DNA of 57,069 bases from an uncultured Candidatus Peribacteria bacterium (GCA_964449945.1 CAYVBX010000001.1:69985-127053), one strand, 5' to 3'. Positions 49,601-57,036 are shown, counted from the stretch's first letter. Numbers and translations: made by a program. Notes: generated from the sequence alone by a model not told the origin.

Positions 49601-50620
49601 TATTACTCTTCTGTATAAGTCATTTAAGTCTGATGCGGCAAATCTTCCTCCGTCTAGTTGTACCATTGGACGAAGATCTGGTGGGATTACTGGAAGAACT
49701 GTCATTATAAACCATTCTGGTTTGATGCCAGCTTTTAATAAATGGCCGATTAGTTTAATTCGTTTTACGAATTTTTTGTGTTTTTGGCCACTTGCTTTTT
49801 TAGCTTTTTCTTTTAATTCATCGCTTAATTTTTCTAAATCTAGATTTGAAATAATGTTTCTGATTGTTTCTGCTCCAGTTCCTGCTTTGAATATGTGTCC
49901 AAATTTCATAGACATATCTCTGTATTCAAGCTCACTATATACTTGGCCGATTTTTAGTTTTTCTAAGGCTTCTTTTGTGCTTGAATGGTTGAAGTCTAGG
50001 TCTTCTAGTTTTTTTGTATATTCGTTTTCTAAATCAACTTCTTCTTTTTTTCTAGCACTTGCGTTTTCAATGTTTTCTGCATCTAGAAGTTTTCTTTTGA
50101 ATTCTTCTTGAAGTTGTTTTTTTATTGATTTGAATTCTCCTTGAAGAAGTTTTAGTGCGTCTTCTTTTTCTGCTAAATCAACTTCGGAAACAATGTATGA
50201 TGCAAAGTAAACGACTTGTTCTAGGGCTTTTATCGGAAGATCAAGAAGTAATCCAATTCGACTTGGAGTTGATCTTAGATACCAAATGTGTGCAACAGGA
50301 ACAGCTAGTTTGATGTGTCCCATTCTTTCTCTTCTGACTTGTGATCTAGTGACTTCAACTCCACACTTTTCACAAACAACGCCTTTATATCTGATTCTTT
50401 TATATTTTCCACAATAACATTCCCAGTTTTTTGTTGGACCAAATATTTTTTCACAGAATAGTCCATCTCTTTCTGGTTTTTGTGTTCGATAGTTAATTGT
50501 TTCTGGTTTTTTTACTTCACCATGGGACCATTCTAAAATTTCTTCTGGTGAGGCAACAGATAAACCAATAGAGTTGAAGATTTGTTCTTGGTTTTCTTTA
50601 GATGAATTTTGATTATGCAT
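46688..50620 (-). CDS. rpoC: DNA-directed RNA polymerase subunit beta'
   Basis: 1310 aa. Zn-binding CYCGKYKRIRYKGVVCEKCGVEV and catalytic NADFDGDQM. Confidence 0.99.
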   Translation of the reverse strand: MHNQNSSKENQEQIFNSIGLSVASPEEILEWSHGEVKKPETINYRTQKPERDGLFCEKIFGPTKNWECYCGKYKRIRYKGVVCEKCGVEVTRSQVRRERMGHIKLAVPVAHIWYLRSTPSRIGLLLDLPIKALEQVVYFASYIVSEVDLAEKEDALKLLQGEFKSIKKQLQEEFKRKLLDAENIENASARKKEEVDLENEYTKKLEDLDFNHSSTKEALEKLKIGQVYSELEYRDMSMKFGHIFKAGTGAETIRNIISNLDLEKLSDELKEKAKKASGQKHKKFVKRIKLIGHLLKAGIKPEWFIMTVLPVIPPDLRPMVQLDGGRFAASDLNDLYRRVINRNNRLKRLMSIGAPEVICRNEKRMLQEAIDTLLNNSTRQGRTAFNAGEKRKLRSLSDMLKGKQGRFRQNLLGKRVDYSGRSVIVVGPNLKLDECGIPKLMAVELFKPFIIGRLIRDGFAHNIKMAEKLIQNSKKEVWDILEDITNNYNVLLNRAPTLHRLGIQAFRPKLIEGKAIQIHPLVCAAYNADFDGDQMAIHVPLSASAQKESREIMLSAKNMLKPATGLPIITPAQDIVLGCHYLTKMTEGKKGEGMIFGTKEEAMFAYQSDLVHLQSPIKYRVDGEIIDTTVGRIIFNNCLPQGMKFLNKAMNKSAISKLVSESFKNYGEKATAILADNLKATGYKYATTSGISISQADMSIPDIKKQRIEEASELVRQINNFFWKGLITDDERYLHTIKVWSSAKTDITNAMINSVDSDNNIYYMIDSGARGNWGQVTQMAGMKGLVANPAGKTIELPIKSNLKEGFTILEYFVATHGGRKGKSDTALNTAEAGYLTRRLVDACQDLVIRELDCGSTQYHTISRYNDGESEKFESKIYGRTLGEDVVDRQTGEILEKAGNIIETETIELFNKHEIKEVKLRSVMTCNTENGICGACYGKDLGTNKPVDLGVAVGIIAAQSIGEPGTQLTMRTFHSGGVAQEGGDITQGLTRVEELFEARTPKSPAIIAEIGGKSKVKQKGKINEVEITSLDAIETKYELIGDMQATVKEGAIVKPKMTIARSDEQKTSLKAITEGKVKEITGEHIVIKSSGPVSKTYIVPAGRTITIKSGEMIEKGQAITNGHLDLKQLMLHSGVYAVGKYLVTEVQKIYESQGQSINDKHVEIIAKQMLSKVRIIDGGDSEYLPGEVVDIITYNKANAKLIEEGKAKATGERLLMGLSRISLSTNSWLSAASFQETIRVLVEASTTNKIDKLEGLKENVIIGKLIPAGETYRKRNQADLENMIAGRKHIVEIEEMPEEEIKAYQERTPLI

Positions 50621-50649
50621 ATTGTAATTTTTTTATAAGTTACGATTTA

Positions 50650-51234
50650 TTATAAACCTAAATCTTTATCTATTGGATTTTCGTTTGTATCTTCCTTTGG
50701 TGCTTCATCAGGTGTTTCTTTTGGAGCTTCATCAGGTGTTTCGTTAGAATTTTCGAAGGAAAAAACTGAAGGAGATTTTTCTTCCTTGTTTTCAACTTTT
50801 TCACTTAATACTTCTTCTGCATTTTCTAATGTTTCAGCAGAAGAATTGTCTTCTTCTGCATATAAGTCTTCACCAATTGTTTCTGGAACATAATCTTCTT
50901 CATTTGCTTTTTTCTCAAGCATAATCATGTCTTGAACAACAACTTCAGTTTTAAATTTTCTTTGCCCATCTTTGTCCCAATTTCTTGTTTTTAAATATCC
51001 TTCGATGTAAACAAGTCGGCCTTTTCTTAGATAATTATGACAAATTTCTGCAAGTCTTGCCCATGCGACACATTCGTGAAATTCTGCTGAGTTTTTCTTT
51101 GAGCCATCTTTTGTTATCCATTCTCTATTTGTGGCTATTCCAAAAGTTGTTACTGTTTGGCCATTTGGCGTTGCTCTCATTTCTGGGTCTCTCGTGAGAT
51201 TTCCGATCACTATTACTTTATTTATTGATCTCAT
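50650..51234 (-). CDS. ssb: single-stranded DNA-binding protein (OB fold plus long acidic tail, non-canonical C-terminal tip)
   Basis: 194 aa. NKVIVIGNLTRDPEMRATPNGQTVTTFGIATNREW...FHECVAWARLAE...GRLVYIEGYLKTRNW is a classic bacterial SSB core. The tail ends ...NPIDKDLGL. Confidence 0.92.
   Translation of the reverse strand: MRSINKVIVIGNLTRDPEMRATPNGQTVTTFGIATNREWITKDGSKKNSAEFHECVAWARLAEICHNYLRKGRLVYIEGYLKTRNWDKDGQRKFKTEVVVQDMIMLEKKANEEDYVPETIGEDLYAEEDNSSAETLENAEEVLSEKVENKEEKSPSVFSFENSNETPDEAPKETPDEAPKEDTNENPIDKDLGL
50695..50742. repeat. 24-nt tandem duplication inside the ssb tail (encodes ETPDEAPK twice)
   Basis: ctttggtgcttcatcaggtgtttc / ttttggagcttcatcaggtgtttc, differing at two positions. 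Confidence 0.85.
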
Positions 51235-51255
51235 TTTAGTTTAGGGTTAATAATT

Positions 51256-54200
51256 TTATTCAAGAGGACTTTCTTCTTCTTGAATAGGAAGTATTTTTTC
51301 GTCGTTTGTGTCGAGACTTTCTTCTTTTAGGTTTTCTTCAATTTCAAGGTTTAGGCTTTCTTCCGCTTCAAAAGATTCTTCTAAAACTTCATCTTGATCC
51401 ATTTCTTCACCTTTTTTGTCGATTTGCATTAGTTTAACTGATAAACCAAGACTTTGAAGTTCTTTAACAAGAACATTAAACGATTGAGGAACTCTTGGTC
51501 TTTTGATTGCCTCGCCTTTTACTATTGCTTCATAAGCTTTTGCTCTTCCATAAGTGTCATCTGATTTGATAGTTAACATTTCTTGTAGAGTATGGGCGGC
51601 GCCATAAGCTTCAAGTGCCCAAACTTCCATTTCTCCAAATCTTTGTCCTCCATGTTGAGCTTTTCCTCCAAGTGGCTGTTGAGTTACAAGTGAGTATGGT
51701 CCTACAGATCTGGCATGAATTTTGTCTTCAACTAAATGGCTTAGTTTTAACATATATGTTATTCCAACTGTAACTGGCCTATCGAATGGAGTTCCTGTTT
51801 TTCCATCGTAAAGAACTGTTTTTCCGTCTTTAGGAAGTTTTTGTTCTTCTAATGTTTTTTCGATTTGTTCTGTTGTTATTCCGTTTAATGGTGGAGTTGC
51901 AATTGTTATTCCTGCTTTTGAGGCGGCCCATCCTAAATGAGTTTCAAGTATTTGTCCGATGTTCATACGAGAAATTACACCGAGTGGGTTTAGAACTATA
52001 TCGATTGGTGTTCCATCTGGTAAAAATGGCATATCTTCTTGTGGAACTACAATCGAAACGATACCTTTGTTTCCATGTCGTCCTGCCATTTTGTCTCCAA
52101 CCTGAATTTTTCTTGTTTGAGCTACGGAAACTTTGATTTGTCTTAGAATTCCTGTTGGCAACTCGTCTCCAGCTTCTTTTGTAAAAATTTGAACACCAAT
52201 TACTTTTCCTCCTTCTCCTCCAGGGAGGCGAAGAGAAGTGTCTTTAACATCGCGTGCTTTTTCTCCGAAAATTGCTCGAAGAAGTCGTTCTTCTGCTGTG
52301 AGTTCGGTTTCTCCTTTTGGGGTGATTTTTCCAACTAAAATATCTCCATCGTGTACCGTTGCACCAATTCTAACTATTCCGTCTTCATCTAAGTCTTTTA
52401 ATTTTGCTTCTGAAACATTTGGTATGTCTTTTGTGATTACCTCAGCTCCGAGTTTTGTTTCTCTAACATCCATTGTGAATGTTTCAATGTGAACCGAGTC
52501 ATACATTCCTTTTCGAACAACATTATCGGAAATAATGATAGCATCTTCGTAGTTGTATCCGCCCCAAGGCATATAGGCAACTAGAATGTTTTTTCCAAGA
52601 GCTAGTTCTCCTTTTTCTGTTGCTGGTCCATCTGCGATTAAAGTACCTTTTGCAACTTTATCGCCTTTATTTACTCGAACTCTTTGGTGAATACATGTGC
52701 CTTGATTAGATCTTTCGTAGTTTGTGATTTTATAATTTATTTTTCTTCCGTTGTCGTAAATAACTGTAACCATTTCAGCGTCAACATATGAAACTGTTCC
52801 AGCTCCTTGTGCTAAAATTACTTTTCCAGATGACTTTGCGGCAATTTCTTCAATTCCAGTTCCTACTACTGGTGCGTCTGGATTAAGTAGTGAAACAGCT
52901 TGTCGTTGCATGTTTGTACCCATTGAGGCTCTTGTGTTGTCGTCATGTTCTACAAATGGAATTAAAGCTGTTGTGATTGATAAAATTTGTTTTGGTGAAA
53001 CATCTATGTGTGTAAGATCGTTGATGTATGCTAAATATGGCTCTCCATCTTTTCGAGAGGAAATACGGCCTTCAACGAATTCACCAACCTCGTTTAGTTT
53101 TGAGTTTGCTTGTGCGATGATTAGTGTTTTTTCTTCATCTGCATCATAATATTCGATTTTATCAGTGATATAACAACGAACTTTTATTTCATTTAAATCT
53201 TTAACTTTTACAAGTTCTTCTGCTGATTTTTTGTCTATTACTTGTCCTGCTTCAATTATTGTTTTTCCTCTTGATGATTCGATTGTTTCTCTTGAGGTAT
53301 GTCCGATTGCATCTTTTCCATTATTTTTGATTGTATGAGCAAGTGTTCTAAATGGAGTTTCGATGAAACCGTATTTGTTTATTTTTGCGTAGGTAGCAAG
53401 GTGAATAACAAGTCCGATATTTGGGCCTTCTGGCGTTGCAACTGGACAAATTCTTCCATAGTGAGATTGATGTACATCTCGAACATCAAAGGAAGCTCGT
53501 TCTCGTGAAAGTCCTCCCGGTCCCATAGCGGATAGTCTTCTTTTGTGTTCAAGCTCTGCAATTGGATTGGTTTGGTCCATAAATTGTGAAAGCTGTGAAC
53601 TTGCAAAAAATTCTTTTAATGCGGCGGTGATAGGTCGTGAATTGATTAGTTGGGTTGGGGTTACTGTTTCTAGGTCCATAACTGTCATTCTGTCTTTTGC
53701 TATTCTATCCGTTCTAAGAAGTCCTACTCTGAATTTGTTTTGAACTAGTTCTCCAACTGCTCGAACTCTTCTGTTTGCTAAATGGTCAATATCGTCTGGA
53801 TGCTCAAGTCCGTTATTTAGTTTTATTAAGTGTTTTAGTATAATAAGTAGGTCATTTATTTGAAATGTGTGGTATTTTTTCTTATTTGGAGTGTCTAGCT
53901 TAAATTTTTTATTTAACTTATATCTTGCGACTGGTCCCATGTCGTATTTTCTGTAATCAAGGAACATTCCGTCGATTAGTTGTTTTGCATTTTCTGGTGT
54001 TGCAAGATCCCCCGGACGAATTTTTTTATAAATTTGCTGATATGCTTCTCCAACAGTTTTTGCGTTATCTTTTTCAAGAGTATTTAAAATGTAATCGTGT
54101 TCTATATCTATGATTTCGTCTTTGAAAACTTCAATAATGTCTTTGTCTTCTGGAAAACCAAAGACTCTGAGAAGAGAAGTTAGAGGTATTTTCCTCTTTC

Positions 54201-55095
54201 TATCAATTTTAACATTGATAATTCCTTTTTTGTCGGTTTCTATTTCAAGCCATGCTCCTCTTTTAGGGATAATTTTTGCGCAATACATTCCTCTTGCTAG
54301 TGGGTTTTCTGAGAAAAAGACACCCGGTGCTCTAACAATTTGACTTACTACTACTCTTTCAATTCCATTGATAATAAATGTTCCTTTTTCTGACATTAAA
54401 GGGATATTTCCAAGGAAAACATCTTGCTCTTTAATTTCTCCTGTAGCTTTATTTATAAGTTGAACATGTACTTTTAGTGGAGCTTCGTATGTTATGTTTT
54501 TTCTTTTAGATGTTTCAAAATCGTATTTTGGTTCTTCTATGGCGTGATCAAGAAGATGTAGTTCTAGTTTTTTTCCTGAAAAATCTACTATAGGGGATAT
54601 TTCGTCTAAAAGTTCTCTTATTCCTTCTGTAATGAATTGTTCGTATGAATCAAGTTGAACTTCAATAAGCTCAGGTATTTGAACTTTTTTATCAATTTGT
54701 GTGTTTAGATATTTTCTTGGGCTTGAGAGTACTATGTTGTTTTCTCTGCTAATGCTTTCAATTTTTTTAGGAATAACTTTTAGTACTTTTTCTTTTTTTT
54801 GAGCTTTTGAAGGCGCTTTTTCTTGGGCTTTTTCTTGGATTTTTTCTTGGATTTTTGAAGGCGCTTTTTCTTCTTTTTTCTTCAAAATTTTAGCATCATC
54901 TTTTTTAATAAGTTTAATAATCTTTTTTTCAGCTTTGATTTGTTTTTTTTCTGCAGTTTTTTTAATTGTTTTTGGAAGCTCTTTTTTTGAAGTTTTTTTT
55001 GGGAGTTTTTTTGTTTCTTTTGCCTTGATTACTTTGTCTTTTGAAGTTTTTAACTTCTTTTTTTCAATTTTTTTAGCCATATAAAAAATGGTCAA
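51256..55095 (-). CDS. rpoB: DNA-directed RNA polymerase subunit beta, with about 120-aa lysine-rich N-terminal extension and acidic C-terminal tail
   Basis: 1279 aa from the TTG at 55095; an ATG five codons downstream (55080, MAKKIEKKK) is an equally plausible start. Conserved core begins near IPELIEVQLDSYEQF. Also has the GPGGLSRERASFDVRDVH motif. Confidence 0.99.
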   Translation of the reverse strand: MTIFYMAKKIEKKKLKTSKDKVIKAKETKKLPKKTSKKELPKTIKKTAEKKQIKAEKKIIKLIKKDDAKILKKKEEKAPSKIQEKIQEKAQEKAPSKAQKKEKVLKVIPKKIESISRENNIVLSSPRKYLNTQIDKKVQIPELIEVQLDSYEQFITEGIRELLDEISPIVDFSGKKLELHLLDHAIEEPKYDFETSKRKNITYEAPLKVHVQLINKATGEIKEQDVFLGNIPLMSEKGTFIINGIERVVVSQIVRAPGVFFSENPLARGMYCAKIIPKRGAWLEIETDKKGIINVKIDRKRKIPLTSLLRVFGFPEDKDIIEVFKDEIIDIEHDYILNTLEKDNAKTVGEAYQQIYKKIRPGDLATPENAKQLIDGMFLDYRKYDMGPVARYKLNKKFKLDTPNKKKYHTFQINDLLIILKHLIKLNNGLEHPDDIDHLANRRVRAVGELVQNKFRVGLLRTDRIAKDRMTVMDLETVTPTQLINSRPITAALKEFFASSQLSQFMDQTNPIAELEHKRRLSAMGPGGLSRERASFDVRDVHQSHYGRICPVATPEGPNIGLVIHLATYAKINKYGFIETPFRTLAHTIKNNGKDAIGHTSRETIESSRGKTIIEAGQVIDKKSAEELVKVKDLNEIKVRCYITDKIEYYDADEEKTLIIAQANSKLNEVGEFVEGRISSRKDGEPYLAYINDLTHIDVSPKQILSITTALIPFVEHDDNTRASMGTNMQRQAVSLLNPDAPVVGTGIEEIAAKSSGKVILAQGAGTVSYVDAEMVTVIYDNGRKINYKITNYERSNQGTCIHQRVRVNKGDKVAKGTLIADGPATEKGELALGKNILVAYMPWGGYNYEDAIIISDNVVRKGMYDSVHIETFTMDVRETKLGAEVITKDIPNVSEAKLKDLDEDGIVRIGATVHDGDILVGKITPKGETELTAEERLLRAIFGEKARDVKDTSLRLPGGEGGKVIGVQIFTKEAGDELPTGILRQIKVSVAQTRKIQVGDKMAGRHGNKGIVSIVVPQEDMPFLPDGTPIDIVLNPLGVISRMNIGQILETHLGWAASKAGITIATPPLNGITTEQIEKTLEEQKLPKDGKTVLYDGKTGTPFDRPVTVGITYMLKLSHLVEDKIHARSVGPYSLVTQQPLGGKAQHGGQRFGEMEVWALEAYGAAHTLQEMLTIKSDDTYGRAKAYEAIVKGEAIKRPRVPQSFNVLVKELQSLGLSVKLMQIDKKGEEMDQDEVLEESFEAEESLNLEIEENLKEESLDTNDEKILPIQEEESPLE

Positions 55096-55113
55096 GGGAT
55101 TTTATAATAGAGC

Positions 55114-55136
55114 AAAAACAACAAATTGTTGTTTTT
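55114..55136. repeat. perfect 11-bp-arm palindrome AAAAACAACAA-a-TTGTTGTTTTT in the rpoB leader
   Basis: Direct reading. Lies between the putative rpoB promoter and the start codon. Confidence 0.6.
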
Positions 55137-55182
55137 AAGCCATAGTCCTCAACTCTTCGTGATTTATGACATAGTTGCTTTT

Positions 55183-55210
55183 ATTTTACTTGAAATGAAA
55201 GGTGTGTCAA
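55183..55210 (-). promoter_or_regulatory. sigma70-like promoter for rpoB
   Basis: Minus strand TTGACA-16 nt-TAAAAT, about 90-100 nt upstream of the rpoB start. Confidence 0.5.
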
Positions 55211-55329
55211 ATGATTTTTTTTGGCTTTATTAAAAAAGATAATTATGGGTTTATAATCTTTTGTTAATATTTTAGCTAAGGTTTTTGTTTAAGAATGTTT
55301 TTATGTTTATAGCCTTTTACTTTAGAATT

Positions 55330-55863
55330 CTATTTAGGGAATTCTTTTGTTTCTAGTTTTACGGGTTCTCTTTTTGGAAGACTTGTGTCTATTGATATAT
55401 TTCCAACTAGTGGGGCGGGTCTTTGTGGTGACGCTGGTAGGTCTTTAATTGTAGGAAGGCTTGAGTCTACCCTTATATTGTTTTGACTGTCGTCGCTTTC
55501 GAGTTTTGATCCTTGGTTTGTTAAAAATACTGTGTTCTCAAGTGCTCGTGTAGCTAAGGCAATTGTTTCGGGAGAAGATAATGATAAAGCCTCTTCTTTA
55601 ATTTTTTCTATTTCTGCACGAATTCTTGCAAGTTCGGGGTTGTCTGTTTTGGGTTTTCCTGCGTTTTTTATTAATTCATCTACGCCTGAAAGGATTTTTT
55701 CGGCGTTTTCTTGTCGCTCTAATGAAAATCTTTCAAGGTCTTTAATTCTTTCATCGCTTGATTTTTGGCTTTCAGGCGTGCTTTCTGGCGGTTTTGGGCT
55801 GGACTCTAAAGTGTTTTTTAGGAGCAAATTTTCTTTAAACATATTTTTTTTAGTTATTATCAT
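55330..55863 (-). CDS. hypothetical protein (P/S/E-rich N-terminus, helical middle)
   Basis: 177-aa ORF with no family recognised by eye. Occupies the position where rplJ-rplL usually precede rpoB. Confidence 0.5.
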   Translation of the reverse strand: MIITKKNMFKENLLLKNTLESSPKPPESTPESQKSSDERIKDLERFSLERQENAEKILSGVDELIKNAGKPKTDNPELARIRAEIEKIKEEALSLSSPETIALATRALENTVFLTNQGSKLESDDSQNNIRVDSSLPTIKDLPASPQRPAPLVGNISIDTSLPKREPVKLETKEFPK

Positions 55864-55998
55864 ATTATTTTAACATCTTTTGGTTTTTATTTCAAGTTTG
55901 GATGTGGCGGTGGTATTTATTGCAGAGACTGTAGAATTGTTTTTTTAGCCTTAAAAATCATCGCAAAAAAAACTGAAAGCCTTTTTAGAAAGCTTTAC

Positions 55999-56027
55999 TT
56001 GACAAAATTGCACTAAAGTGTTTTAAT
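55999..56027 (+). promoter_or_regulatory. sigma70-like promoter for the 56050 gene
   Basis: Plus strand TTGACA-17 nt-TTTAAT, ending 22 nt upstream of the ATG. Confidence 0.5.
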
Positions 56028-56049
56028 TTTGTTCTTATAATAAATTATT

Positions 56050-56925
56050 ATGAAAAGTTTTAAGCATTTGAATAATTTAAAAGTTGATGAAAAGAAAACA
56101 CAAACAAATAAGTTTTCTGGAGATATTTCTGCGATTTCAAGTGGTGTTTTGTTTGCTTTAACTCTTGTTTTTTCTCAGGGTGAGGCATTTTCAAATAGCT
56201 TTGATGAATATAGTTGTAGAATTTGTAATTCTGGAGGAATTGCAATAAATAGCGACAAAGTTAATCTTGGACAAGCTTATATGGTAAAAGATGGAGATGA
56301 TTATAAATTTGTAACAATAAAGCATTCTCTTGATTCAAGTAATGGAAAAGTGAGGCTGTCTATGAATGGGTGTTTTAAAAGTTTGAGAGTTGATACTAAA
56401 AAGTTTGAGTGTGAAACTGAAAGTAATAATGATGCGTCTTGTTCTTATTCATTGGATGCTCAACAAAAAAAATTTGTGGATGACTTGTGTAGACCAATAT
56501 TTTTTACAAGGTCTCGTGAACATGATCGGCTTAAGGAGGGTGAATATTTGGCTTTTGTGAGGCCAAAGGGAAAAGTCCTTTCGGTTGCTAAAATAATTGA
56601 AATTAATGATGAGTATATTTTTTTAGATCTTCGAACTATTAAAGAAGTGGATGGGGAGGAAGTTGCTTTTATTACAGATGCTTTTTGTGAAGGAGGAAGT
56701 GGAGGTCCTGCGATGATCGTTGACTCTGTAAAAGATGGTGTTGTGGTGCTTTTGTTTGAAAATGAGGGGCCAGTGTCTTTGGGGGAGCTTGAATTTGGGG
56801 AAAAGGGGCAATTTTATGAGGGAGGAATGGGGGATAAAAGAGAAGTTTCGTTGGGAGAGCTAGGTGTTCGAGGAGTAAATTGTCATGGAATTGGAAGGGT
56901 GAGAAGGCCTGAAAAAAAGAAATAA
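56050..56925 (+). CDS. membrane-anchored hypothetical protein, possible divergent chymotrypsin-fold serine peptidase
   Basis: 291 aa. One N-terminal hydrophobic helix (ISAISSGVLFALTLVFS). CEGGSGGPAMIV resembles the GDSGGP catalytic-Ser motif and VTIKHSL is a candidate His. Assignment is weak. Confidence 0.55.
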   Translation: MKSFKHLNNLKVDEKKTQTNKFSGDISAISSGVLFALTLVFSQGEAFSNSFDEYSCRICNSGGIAINSDKVNLGQAYMVKDGDDYKFVTIKHSLDSSNGKVRLSMNGCFKSLRVDTKKFECETESNNDASCSYSLDAQQKKFVDDLCRPIFFTRSREHDRLKEGEYLAFVRPKGKVLSVAKIIEINDEYIFLDLRTIKEVDGEEVAFITDAFCEGGSGGPAMIVDSVKDGVVVLLFENEGPVSLGELEFGEKGQFYEGGMGDKREVSLGELGVRGVNCHGIGRVRRPEKKK

Positions 56926-56942
56926 TTCGAGGGGGTAAAAAA

Positions 56943-57036
56943 TTTTTTTGAGAGGTATGTTTGTGTGAAAGGTGAAGTGTTTTTTTGAGAGGGGATTTTG
57001 GTTTTTATTATTTAGTGAAAGGTGAAGTGGAGAGGG
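56943..57036. repeat. purine-rich interleaved direct repeats at the window edge
   Basis: TTTTTTTGAGAGG at 56943 and 56980. GTGAAAGGTGAAGTG at 56965 and 57015. GAGAGGG again at 57030. Confidence 0.7.

Noticed and set aside
49590-50111. 173-aa plus-strand ORF antisense to rpoC, plus similar antisense ORFs such as 38201..38659, 47301..47726, 35708..36073 and 15938..16324
   Set aside because: They have the same F/L/S-rich shadow-frame composition, and each lies fully inside a confidently identified conserved gene on the other strand.
56943-57036. Possible CRISPR array at the right edge
   Set aside because: The repeats are only 13-15 nt, belong to two interleaved families with different periods (37 and 50 nt), and no cas genes are nearby. 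This is not CRISPR-like.
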